Below are positions 37,034 through 46,100 of a stretch of 64,000 bases of DNA, piece by piece. The stretch is taken from the NCBI GenBank assembly GCA_965230895.1, contig OZ246394.1:712627-776626 (forward strand). The letters run 5' to 3'. The stretch comes from an uncultured Gammaproteobacteria bacterium (GTDB lineage: Bacteria > Patescibacteriota > Microgenomatia > Levybacterales > UBA12049). Under the pieces are notes generated by a model. That model was given only the letters and a program-made list of their open reading frames with translations. It ran no database searches and had not been told where the DNA came from. The position numbers and the translations under genes are program-made. Position 1 is the stretch's first letter; each line of letters opens with the position of its first letter.

Positions 37034-39043
37034 TTAGAGATCAAGCTTCGTTTCTTTATCTGTTGTCAAATTAAATGTCTCTTCTGCCTTGCCGTTAATT
37101 GTTGTTGTGTATTCATGACCTGCTGTACCTGGCTGCTTTTGGATAAGCAATGGAAGTGGAGATCCTTTTTCAAGCTTAAATGGAAGCTTGTATTTCACTT
37201 CAAGTGAACCAACACCTTTTGGACGTACAGTTACAAAGCCTTCAATGACAGTCTTTCCAAGATCTTCTGAAGTTGTCATCTTAACCTGCGATCCCTTACT
37301 TTCAATTAACTCACTACCCTTTGGAACATAGATACGGATCCAATCTCGGTATTCAGCATTCAAACAAAGTCCACCACGCTCCAAATTACAATCAGATGGG
37401 GGGAATGGATTCTTATATTTAATCGTCAATGTCTTGGTAATATTACCGTCCTTATCGACTTCATAGGCATTGTCCACAGTTTCTTCCATAAAGATGTTTA
37501 CCTTTGCTCCTGAGAAATTAACTTCATTAATGTGGAGATAATCTCCTTCAAATGGTCTTATTTGGCCCGCAGCATTGAGAGCAACAATACCTTGCTGAGC
37601 TTGTTCGTCATACAAATTAAACATAATATGCTTTTGCTGTGTTTGCGCGATGATCGATTGGAAGAGTGGCCCCCAATATTGTTGTGGTGAAGATGAAAGT
37701 GCTTTTACCATGATTGCTGAAATCAAGTCTCCGATAATACTCTTTCGCTCTGTCTTAATATAATTAACTGGTCGAGAGATATCATTTTCAAGGACATAAA
37801 TTACTTGTGGGCAATCACATCGTGGATCAGTTTGTGTTGTAAATGTCTGTCCACCAGCTTGTACTTGATCATCAAGAATCTTAATTGTTGAGACAAGAAC
37901 GTGTGTATCGATAGCGATAATGCCATCAACATCTTCTTTTAATGCTGCTCTATCATACATTTCTTCAAAAGTCTTCATAGACTCTAGGAAGTCTGGAGAC
38001 AAATTGCTGTCACGTAAGTTTAATGTATATACCTTTGGAAGATACTTCAGTATCGGAGCTGGAGCTTTTGGCTTATTTGGAATTGAATCATCTAACTTAT
38101 AAATATCATCAGATTTTTCGAACTTAATAATACCCTTATCTATACTAAAGATAGCGTATGCAGTGATAAATCCACCAGTTGCACGAAGTTCTTTGTCATT
38201 CTGGAAGATAACAAGATATCGTTTAGCTTCCTGTTCACCGAGGAGTGAAGGTAACGTCTTAATAAGAGGCTTTGCATCACTCACTGCTGTTGCTGTTTGG
38301 TCTGCAGTGGTTTTGAGCATTGTCAATTGATCTTTGATCTTATTTCCAAAAATGATTTTTGGATAATGATTTGGGTCAACTTGATCAATTTCCTCTTGAA
38401 CCTTCACCAGTGAGGATTCTATCTTATCGATTTGCGGAGTAATTTTGCCCATACTGAGAACTGCGGTCTTAATTCGATCTTCAGTTGATCCCCCTGCGGA
38501 ACTATCATTTCCCTTTAAACCTAGTACGTCTGCATAAGGAGTTAATGAATCAGCAACCGTTTTTGCACTATCAAGTCCATGTTCACCAGCATTGAGCAAA
38601 TGCTCTGCGTCAGAATAGTACCAACCCACAATTGGAACAAATTTAAGTGGAACTAGGTAGCCAAGGTTTCGTTGCGTTTCTTTTAATGAAGCTTGTGTCT
38701 TTGTAATCTCTTGCGAAGCAAGCTCTACATTTTGTTTTTTGAGGGCGTTTTTAATAAGTTGTGCCTGTCGGTATGTCTTCAGACCGGATTGGTATGTCGC
38801 ATAAGCAGGGATACTAATGAGAACAACTAAGAGTGCGAAAATTCCCAAACCAATATAAAGCTTCTTTGAAACTTTAAATTTCTTTCCTCCTGAATTACCT
38901 TTTCTTCTCTTTGCCATTGGATCCTCCGTTACGCTTTTACTATTTGCGAAATCCTGCGGTGCCTTTCTCGGTACGTTTGTTGTTGTTTGGGTTGCAGAAG
39001 TTCGTTTTGGTTGTGCAAATTCTATTTTATCAAATCCAGCCAT
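37034..39043 (-). CDS. DUF4012-domain membrane-anchored protein
   Basis: TM helix, helical region, YLVIFQNDKELRATGGF, RDSNLSPDF, DGIIAID, RIYVPKGS, QKQPG. Confidence 0.85.
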   Translation of the reverse strand: MAGFDKIEFAQPKRTSATQTTTNVPRKAPQDFANSKSVTEDPMAKRRKGNSGGKKFKVSKKLYIGLGIFALLVVLISIPAYATYQSGLKTYRQAQLIKNALKKQNVELASQEITKTQASLKETQRNLGYLVPLKFVPIVGWYYSDAEHLLNAGEHGLDSAKTVADSLTPYADVLGLKGNDSSAGGSTEDRIKTAVLSMGKITPQIDKIESSLVKVQEEIDQVDPNHYPKIIFGNKIKDQLTMLKTTADQTATAVSDAKPLIKTLPSLLGEQEAKRYLVIFQNDKELRATGGFITAYAIFSIDKGIIKFEKSDDIYKLDDSIPNKPKAPAPILKYLPKVYTLNLRDSNLSPDFLESMKTFEEMYDRAALKEDVDGIIAIDTHVLVSTIKILDDQVQAGGQTFTTQTDPRCDCPQVIYVLENDISRPVNYIKTERKSIIGDLISAIMVKALSSSPQQYWGPLFQSIIAQTQQKHIMFNLYDEQAQQGIVALNAAGQIRPFEGDYLHINEVNFSGAKVNIFMEETVDNAYEVDKDGNITKTLTIKYKNPFPPSDCNLERGGLCLNAEYRDWIRIYVPKGSELIESKGSQVKMTTSEDLGKTVIEGFVTVRPKGVGSLEVKYKLPFKLEKGSPLPLLIQKQPGTAGHEYTTTINGKAEETFNLTTDKETKLDL

Positions 39044-39150
39044 TGTTTATAATCCCTTATCAAAATATTACTCATTTATACTTGAGCTAGTAGTGGTACA
39101 TTCTATGATACCGAAAATTTTCGCTGCTTGTCAACTTGACAATGTATGAG

Positions 39151-39819
39151 TTAGGACGCACCTTTGCCAGATACCATCGCCCATGGAGTCTTAAGAATAA
39201 TATAGATATCAAGTAGAATTGACTTCTTTCTTGCGTAATCAGCATCCATTTGGATACGTTTATCAAACTTTAATTCGCTTCTTCCAGAAACCTGCCAAAA
39301 ACCTGTAATACCTGGTTTAACAGACAGCACTTCTTTTACAAGCTCTTTTGTTTGTGGGTATGCTTTCTGTTGTTTCTCAAGCTCTTCAGGATAATATGGA
39401 CGCGGCCCGACCAAACTCATCTCGCCTCTCAAAACATTAAAAAATTGTGGCACTTCATCGAGAGAATGTTTGCGTATAAACTTACCAACATGTGTAATAC
39501 GAGGATCATTTTTAATTTTATAATTTCCACCTTTTTGCTGTTCCTCATATGCTTTCTTGAACTTAGGATCAGTTTTTAATAAATAATATGCATTTACGAT
39601 CATTGAGCGGAACTTATACGGATAGAAAAATTTATTGTTTTTTCCAACTCTTCTCGGGGTATCAGCTAATATCGGCCCTTTTGATTCTAATTTGATGGCC
39701 AGAGCAACAATAATCATAATTGGAGAAAATAAAAGAAGGAGAAGGAGAGAAGAAATAATATCAATAGTTCTCTTTATAAATTCGTAGACCAAGCTTTGTG
39801 TGTGCTTTTTAGAAGACAT
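39151..39819 (-). CDS. Initiating sugar transferase (polyprenyl-phosphate phosphoglycosyltransferase, small WcaJ/PglC type)
   Basis: [59 protein letters not shown]. Confidence 0.95.
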   Translation of the reverse strand: MSSKKHTQSLVYEFIKRTIDIISSLLLLLLFSPIMIIVALAIKLESKGPILADTPRRVGKNNKFFYPYKFRSMIVNAYYLLKTDPKFKKAYEEQQKGGNYKIKNDPRITHVGKFIRKHSLDEVPQFFNVLRGEMSLVGPRPYYPEELEKQQKAYPQTKELVKEVLSVKPGITGFWQVSGRSELKFDKRIQMDADYARKKSILLDIYIILKTPWAMVSGKGAS

Positions 39820-39821
39820 AG

Positions 39822-40907
39822 CTATGCCAGATGTTCGTAGTCAGTCCCACTAAGGTTTTGTACGAACTTCTTAATCTTAGGGACAGAGTCTTTTGGACAA
39901 ATCAAGATAACATCTTCCATACTTACGACGACAAGACCCTGTAAATCAATTCCTACAATAAGCTGCTTTGTTTCATTATGGATAATCGAATCCACACAGT
40001 CTTCAAGAAGAACTTTTCCTTTTGTTACATTTGCGTCAATCTCATCACTTAATGCTTCTTTCAGTGCTTCCCATGCACCAATATCACTCCAACCAATATC
40101 CGCTGAAATAACCATTCCAGCTTTTGGATCCATCTTTTCCAAAATAGCGTTATCAAATGAAATCTTCTCAAGCTTTGGATATACTTCTGCCAATACTTTT
40201 TCGTATTCATCAGTACCGTATGCATCTTGTATCTTCTTTAGATCCTTAAATAACTCAGGTGAAAATTCTTCAAATAACTTCCAAAGGAATCGTGGAGTTG
40301 TCGCGAAATAACCAAGATTCCAGGAATGTCGGTTATCTTTTGCCCATTCTTTTGCAGTTTCAAGCGCTGGTCTATATTGAAATCCTGTGAATTCATGAAT
40401 TGGAAATCCTTCAACATTTTCTGTTTCTTTTCCAAATTCAATATATCCAAGGTTTTGATTTGCAAATCGAGGCTTCTGACCGATGAACACAATCTTTTCA
40501 GGATCCTTCAAGACAAGTTTTTCTGCAACTCTAAGAATTTTCCTAAATTCAGCTTCTTTCTTAACAAGATGATCACTTCCCCAAAGAAGAACAATTGGCT
40601 CATCAGGATTTGTTTTAACAAATTGAGAAATTACCAAACCAACAGCAGGACCAACGTCTCGCATTTCAGGTTCAACAATAACATTCTTTTCAGGTAGTTC
40701 TGGCAATTGTTCGTGGATGTGATTTGCGTATTGTGTACCTGTGGAGATAAATACATCTTCCCAAGCAAACTCAGGGAATAATTTATGGACAGCTATTTGG
40801 AGCATGGATCGATCGGCAATGATTTTTCCAAACTGCTTTGGGGCATTTTTACGAGAAAGGGGCCATAATCTACTTCCGACTCCACCTGCAAAAAGAACTA
40901 TTTTCAT
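39822..40907 (-). CDS. manC: Mannose-1-phosphate guanylyltransferase
   Basis: AGGVGSRLWPLSR..APKQF, EP..RD, SDH, GYIE, ISFDNAILEK, WSDIGAW. Confidence 0.9.
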   Translation of the reverse strand: MKIVLFAGGVGSRLWPLSRKNAPKQFGKIIADRSMLQIAVHKLFPEFAWEDVFISTGTQYANHIHEQLPELPEKNVIVEPEMRDVGPAVGLVISQFVKTNPDEPIVLLWGSDHLVKKEAEFRKILRVAEKLVLKDPEKIVFIGQKPRFANQNLGYIEFGKETENVEGFPIHEFTGFQYRPALETAKEWAKDNRHSWNLGYFATTPRFLWKLFEEFSPELFKDLKKIQDAYGTDEYEKVLAEVYPKLEKISFDNAILEKMDPKAGMVISADIGWSDIGAWEALKEALSDEIDANVTKGKVLLEDCVDSIIHNETKQLIVGIDLQGLVVVSMEDVILICPKDSVPKIKKFVQNLSGTDYEHLA

Positions 40908-40930
40908 AACGTATCTGTACCATTATAGTA

Positions 40931-42013
40931 TTAAATTACTTTCTTAACAAGTCTAAGAAACTCCTCTTTAAATTTCTTTTCACTGAACCTTTCAGCATTC
41001 TTCCTTACAGTATTTGTATCAAATTTTATTTTAGTAAACTGTTCTAAAGTGTCTACAAGCGATTCAACTGTTTGTTGCTCAAAGAAAAGACCAGTTTTGC
41101 CATCGACCACGGTATCTAACGCACCACCTCTTCTCAGTGCAATCACTGGTTTTCCAAATGCCTGCGCTTCTACAACTACTAATCCAAAATCTTCAAATGC
41201 AGGAAAAATAAGAGCACGGCAATTCTTGTAATATTTGACGAGTTCTTTATCGCTAAGATTGCCCAAAAATTCTACTGTCGGACCTGCCATTGCTTCAAGT
41301 TCTTTTTTCCAACTTCCCTCTCCTATGACTTTCAACGGTAGCTTAAGCCTATTACATGCTTCGATTGCTATATCTACTCGCTTATACTTCGTAAATTTTG
41401 AAAGTCTTGAAACAACGAGAAAGTATCCTTTATTATTTTTGTTTAAAGATGCTTTTGTGGGAGATAGTGAAACTGGAGGATAGACGATAAGTGATTCTCG
41501 TTGATAATACTTTTTAATTCTTCCTTGTACTTCAGTTGAAATCGCTACGAGCATATCAGGACGTGCTGCCGCAGCTTTATCCCATTTTCTTAAGTACGAA
41601 ACGACGGGGTTTGCTGCGATACGTAATCCAGGATTTTTAAAATATTCCTCATAGCCGCTCCACAAATACCTTGTGGGCGTGAGGACATAACTAATATGCT
41701 TCGTTCCAGGTTTGGTAACAATACCTTTTGCAGCCTCACTTGTTACTGAAATAACTAAATCATACTTTTCAAAAGAGAAACGTTCAAATGCCATTGGCAT
41801 AAGAAACGGGTACATCTCGTGATTCTTGACGGCATGGGGATATTTTTGAAGAAAGGAGGTTTTGACATTGAAAACTTCTGCCCATTGAGCAGTTGTAGCA
41901 TTATAAACAGAGGTAAAGAGTGGAGCATTGGGAAAGATTTTATGTAAAGCGAGCAAGACACGCTCAGCACCTCCCCATTTATTTACTCTATCGTATACTA
42001 ATGCTACTTTCAT
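40931..42013 (-). CDS. GT4 glycosyltransferase (WbaZ-like, probable mannosyltransferase)
   Basis: GGAERVL, TSFLQ, TPTRYLW, KRVD, EDFGLVVVEAQAFGKPV. Confidence 0.9.
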   Translation of the reverse strand: MKVALVYDRVNKWGGAERVLLALHKIFPNAPLFTSVYNATTAQWAEVFNVKTSFLQKYPHAVKNHEMYPFLMPMAFERFSFEKYDLVISVTSEAAKGIVTKPGTKHISYVLTPTRYLWSGYEEYFKNPGLRIAANPVVSYLRKWDKAAAARPDMLVAISTEVQGRIKKYYQRESLIVYPPVSLSPTKASLNKNNKGYFLVVSRLSKFTKYKRVDIAIEACNRLKLPLKVIGEGSWKKELEAMAGPTVEFLGNLSDKELVKYYKNCRALIFPAFEDFGLVVVEAQAFGKPVIALRRGGALDTVVDGKTGLFFEQQTVESLVDTLEQFTKIKFDTNTVRKNAERFSEKKFKEEFLRLVKKVI

Positions 42014-43127
42014 AAATTGCTAAAGTTTGTTCTGCCATAATTTTCCAAGAAAATTGTTTGGAGATCTTTAATCCTCTCTCTTGTAAAGCATCGAAAGATT
42101 CTTTCTCCGCAAGAACTTTTTGCATTGTATCATTCAATTGCTGTATATCAAGAGGATTAAAATAAATCGCTGCATCCTTATAAATCTCTTTAAAGACGGG
42201 AATCTCTGATGCAATAACTAAACATCCTTGCTGCATTGCTTCCAGTCCAGGTAATCCAAATCCTTCCATTAACGATGGGAGGACCAATGCTTGAGCGTTT
42301 TTATATAATGCACTTAGTTCTTCATCAGCGACTGCGCCTGTAAAGATTACACTGTTTTGAAGATTGAGAGATTGAGATTTTTGCTTTAGTCTTTCATAAA
42401 AGTAATTCATTTTTCCAACCATAACTAACTTTACCTCTGGGTTATCAGAAATGACTTTAGAGAAAGCTTCAAGAAGCCGTTCTCCATTTTTATGGGGATA
42501 CGCATTACCAACATAGAGAAAATATTTATCTGATTTGGATACATGGTATTTCTTTAAATCTTTATCATTTGCTTTAGAGATCTTTGCATCTACGCCTTCA
42601 TACGTGACGATTACCTTCTCTTTTGTTACAGGGAGATGATCAATAATTTCTTGTTTTGTGGCCTCTGAAACTGCGATAATTTTTTGTGCTTTCTTTGCTG
42701 TTTCTTTCAAGACAAACTTATATCCCAATCTTTTTACATGATATAAGGGTGATGGCAAGGTTGAGGCTTTTCCTGTAGGAAAATGGTTAATAATTAAATC
42801 ATGGATGGTAATCACATATGGTTGATTGTACAAAATCGGTATTGAGAAATAAGGGAAATGGACAAGATCAAGCGACTCATTCTCCAGAACTTTGTAAAAA
42901 AGTAGTTGCTCTTCAATAGAATGCCATCGGATATCAGTTTTGACCAATGTCCATTTACTCTCTTTTTCTTTGATGAAATCAAACAAGTCACTTTGAAAAG
43001 CTTCTGGAGTTACAAAAAGAACGTAATGATTTTTTTTGTCGATTTGGTGGAGATATGAGATAAGATTGCGGATGTAGCGTCCGACACCGGTTTCGTCCCA
43101 AAGCCTAGCATCAATACCTATTCTCAT
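41988..43127 (-). CDS. GT4 glycosyltransferase (MtfB-like)
   Basis: IGIDAR..TGVGRY, TIHDLI, PHKN, EGFGLPGLEAM. Confidence 0.92.
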   Translation of the reverse strand: MRIGIDARLWDETGVGRYIRNLISYLHQIDKKNHYVLFVTPEAFQSDLFDFIKEKESKWTLVKTDIRWHSIEEQLLFYKVLENESLDLVHFPYFSIPILYNQPYVITIHDLIINHFPTGKASTLPSPLYHVKRLGYKFVLKETAKKAQKIIAVSEATKQEIIDHLPVTKEKVIVTYEGVDAKISKANDKDLKKYHVSKSDKYFLYVGNAYPHKNGERLLEAFSKVISDNPEVKLVMVGKMNYFYERLKQKSQSLNLQNSVIFTGAVADEELSALYKNAQALVLPSLMEGFGLPGLEAMQQGCLVIASEIPVFKEIYKDAAIYFNPLDIQQLNDTMQKVLAEKESFDALQERGLKISKQFSWKIMAEQTLAIYESSISIR

Positions 43128-43153
43128 GAATAAAGTATACCATAGGAAGCTGG

Positions 43154-43405
43154 CTATCTTCTTCTCACTGGCGTGTTTGCAATTGAAGCAGCAGCACGAC
43201 GCCTTTGGCCTTCTGCTGAGACAATCGCGTGTCTATTAAGCGGAGGATGATTTCCTATATCATTTTTAAGTTTTCCTTCTGGCCCGAGGATTAATGCAAC
43301 TCCTTCTGCTAATTCAGCTGCATTACCAGTTTCCAAAAGAATTCTTGCTTTCTCATCAGTCGCGCCATCAATGCCCGAATAGTGAAATCTATTTGATTCC
43401 GTCAT
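43154..43405 (-). CDS. Small hypothetical protein
   Basis: 83-aa ORF filling the gap between two GT4 genes, with TGcTAGAAT 9 nt upstream. Confidence 0.55.
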   Translation of the reverse strand: MTESNRFHYSGIDGATDEKARILLETGNAAELAEGVALILGPEGKLKNDIGNHPPLNRHAIVSAEGQRRRAAASIANTPVRRR

Positions 43406-43446
43406 AAGATCGCTATTCTAGCACGAAACGAGGACAATTTCAAAGG

Positions 43447-44640
43447 TTACTTACGAAGAACATTTGTATATGTGCTTTCTAAACCACGAGTTATATATTT
43501 CCATGTATAATTCTTTTCTATAAACGTTCGTCCTTTACCGCTAATTTTTTCATAAAGTTCTTTACTGTGAAGTACTTCATACGTTTTTTCTGCAAGTTGT
43601 TTAGCATCATTTCCTACTAATAATTCTTGTTCGTCTTCTGCATGGAGAGCATTGGCACTTAAAGACATTGTTATTACCGGTGTTCCGCAACTCATGGATT
43701 CAAGTATTTTATAGCTCGTTCCGCCTCCCACTCGAATTGGTGCAAGTAAAACAGCTGCTTCTTGAAAGATATCTGGAGTGGGTTTTGCTGACGTCGCTTC
43801 ATCAAATAAAACACGTGGATCATCAGTTAAATTCCGAATTGCATTGGGAATATTTCTTGCAACAAACCAAAGTTTTACATTATCTGAAACTTTATTCTTT
43901 AACAGTGGCCAAACATCTTGAATGATATATGCGGCGCTATCTCTATTTTGGATCCATTTGAAGTCTCCAATAAATAAGATCTTTTTCTCATCTTTCACTT
44001 TTTTCTGCAAGGGAATAAAGAAGAACTGATCTACATTAACACCATTGGCAGCGATATCTGCATTAAAACCAAATGTTTTAAGAATCGAGGCATCGTCTGA
44101 AGAAACCGTAACAACTTTTGAAGCGCGCTTCCATGATGACTCTTCTTCGCGTTTGATCTTCGCAATATCAATTCCCAGTAAGGGCTTAACAGGAAGAGGC
44201 GCCTGATTTTTAAATCGTTCATACACTTTATATTCGATATTATGCTCAATCAAAACAATTGGAATTTTGGTTTCTGGGACATTTTGCATAACATAAAATG
44301 TTTCAACATGAATCAAGTCAAACTGTTCATTCTGTAATAGCGTTTCAATTTTCTCACGCATTTCCGGAAGCTCATGACCAGTAGAAAGAAATGATTTTGA
44401 GGAAATTCCAGCTTTTGTAATATTTGATAAACTCCATTGTTTCTTTCGTGGCACAAGGATAACTTTTTTACAGATTTTTTCTACTTGCTTGATATCATTG
44501 TCTGTCTCCGTTGGACGACGTTCGCAGACCAGCGTAATTTCATGACGAGAAGAAAGCTCTTTAATAATATTATAGAGGCGTACTTGCCCACCAGAAAAAA
44601 GTGGATACGGTAAATATGAGGAAACAAGTAATATCTTCAT
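43447..44640 (-). CDS. GT4 glycosyltransferase
   Basis: PYPLFSGGQVR, HNIE, NGV, APIRVGGGTSYKILESM. Confidence 0.92.
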   Translation of the reverse strand: MKILLVSSYLPYPLFSGGQVRLYNIIKELSSRHEITLVCERRPTETDNDIKQVEKICKKVILVPRKKQWSLSNITKAGISSKSFLSTGHELPEMREKIETLLQNEQFDLIHVETFYVMQNVPETKIPIVLIEHNIEYKVYERFKNQAPLPVKPLLGIDIAKIKREEESSWKRASKVVTVSSDDASILKTFGFNADIAANGVNVDQFFFIPLQKKVKDEKKILFIGDFKWIQNRDSAAYIIQDVWPLLKNKVSDNVKLWFVARNIPNAIRNLTDDPRVLFDEATSAKPTPDIFQEAAVLLAPIRVGGGTSYKILESMSCGTPVITMSLSANALHAEDEQELLVGNDAKQLAEKTYEVLHSKELYEKISGKGRTFIEKNYTWKYITRGLESTYTNVLRK

Positions 44641-46100
44641 TATTTCTTATGTAAATCAAAAATTGCGTACTGTTCTGTAAAAGCAACTACTTTGTATTCT
44701 TCCTCCCATTGTTCTTTATCTTGCTGTGATGGATTAACCAGAACGAGATAATCTGCGCCTTTTTGGATAAGAATTGGCATTGGATCCTGGAAACTTGCCC
44801 AACCTCTTCGATCCATTTGGTAAAGCAATGAAGTATCTCCATTATAGTTTGCAACAATAAGAGCGTCTTTCGGCGTTAATTGTTGTACAGCTTTGCCAGC
44901 TGCAATAATTGAGCGGTTATTAATATTGAAGTATTCTTTTATAATGTTCCAACTCATATAAAAGCTTCCGATAATGAGCAGGACAACGAGAATTTTCCCA
45001 ATAGGAAATTTTTTGAAACTCCATTTCATTAAGAAATAACTTCCAATTGCCATAAATATTGCAACCGCTGGAATCGTTGGTATTTGATAATAATCATGTT
45101 GGACATTTCCTGTTGCTACAATAGAAACATATAATACTGGACCAATAAGAAATGATAAAAAGAATTTCCATTCTTTAAGAAGTTTTATACGCAATGCACC
45201 AAACCCCAAGAGTACTATCCCAAAATATCCGCTTATCAAAACTGTCAGTCGCTCATAAAATATCCATCTAAAAAATGCCGGTCGAAAACGAATACCATTT
45301 CCGTTCAATAACCATATGTTGGCAGGGATTCCTTCAGGGAATTGGGATATCCATGTCCTCCAAGCCAAAAGCGGTGCTACGGAAAGAATTGCGTATAGCC
45401 AAAGATGCCATTGTAGAAAGGTTTTCCAGCCAAAATGCTTAAATGCCAAATATATAATTGGAATTATGAAGAAAATTGCATGAGGCTTTAAGAGAAAGGC
45501 TACTGCTGTAAAAAATAAAGCTAATACAAAATTATTTATGATCTTCCTCTTCTCATGTTTTTGCTTAGTGAGTTCTTGAATCCATGTATCAAAGAAATAT
45601 ATACCTCCTAAGTACGCCATTACCATCGTCATATCAGGAAGAATTGTTCTCCCATAATAGATATTGAATGGGATGAACATATAAAAGAATGTACTTAGTA
45701 ACCCGAGTTCTTTATTGCTATGTCTCGAAACCAGAAGGTAAAGAAAAATACCAGCGCCAAGAGAGGCTGTTATACTAATAAGTCTTCCCCATTGCTCAAT
45801 TGTGAAGAAGCCAAAAATCATGAAGAGGCTTGCCTGAAGCGCATTATAAATTGGGAATTCAACAAAGAAGTATCCATTGGGATTATCCATTCCGGATTGG
45901 ACATTGGAGATATTAACCATCTTAGGGTAAAGCATGTTGATACCTTCATTGGCAAAAATCCTTGAAACGGAGGCGGTTTCTGATTGTCTCCAACTATGCC
46001 AATCAGCAATGGAATTATCAAAACCATAAAGTCGGACGATAAACCCACCAAAAAGAATACAAGCAAGAATAAGCAGTGTGTGGTTCCTCAAAAATTTCAT
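44640..46100 (-). CDS. GT-C fold membrane glycosyltransferase (ArnT/PMT-like)
   Basis: Multi-TM; WRQSETA..SR, EFPIY, GRL.S, YGRT.LPD, LLKP, HDYYQ. Confidence 0.82.
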   Translation of the reverse strand: MKFLRNHTLLILACILFGGFIVRLYGFDNSIADWHSWRQSETASVSRIFANEGINMLYPKMVNISNVQSGMDNPNGYFFVEFPIYNALQASLFMIFGFFTIEQWGRLISITASLGAGIFLYLLVSRHSNKELGLLSTFFYMFIPFNIYYGRTILPDMTMVMAYLGGIYFFDTWIQELTKQKHEKRKIINNFVLALFFTAVAFLLKPHAIFFIIPIIYLAFKHFGWKTFLQWHLWLYAILSVAPLLAWRTWISQFPEGIPANIWLLNGNGIRFRPAFFRWIFYERLTVLISGYFGIVLLGFGALRIKLLKEWKFFLSFLIGPVLYVSIVATGNVQHDYYQIPTIPAVAIFMAIGSYFLMKWSFKKFPIGKILVVLLIIGSFYMSWNIIKEYFNINNRSIIAAGKAVQQLTPKDALIVANYNGDTSLLYQMDRRGWASFQDPMPILIQKGADYLVLVNPSQQDKEQWEEEYKVVAFTEQYAIFDLHKK

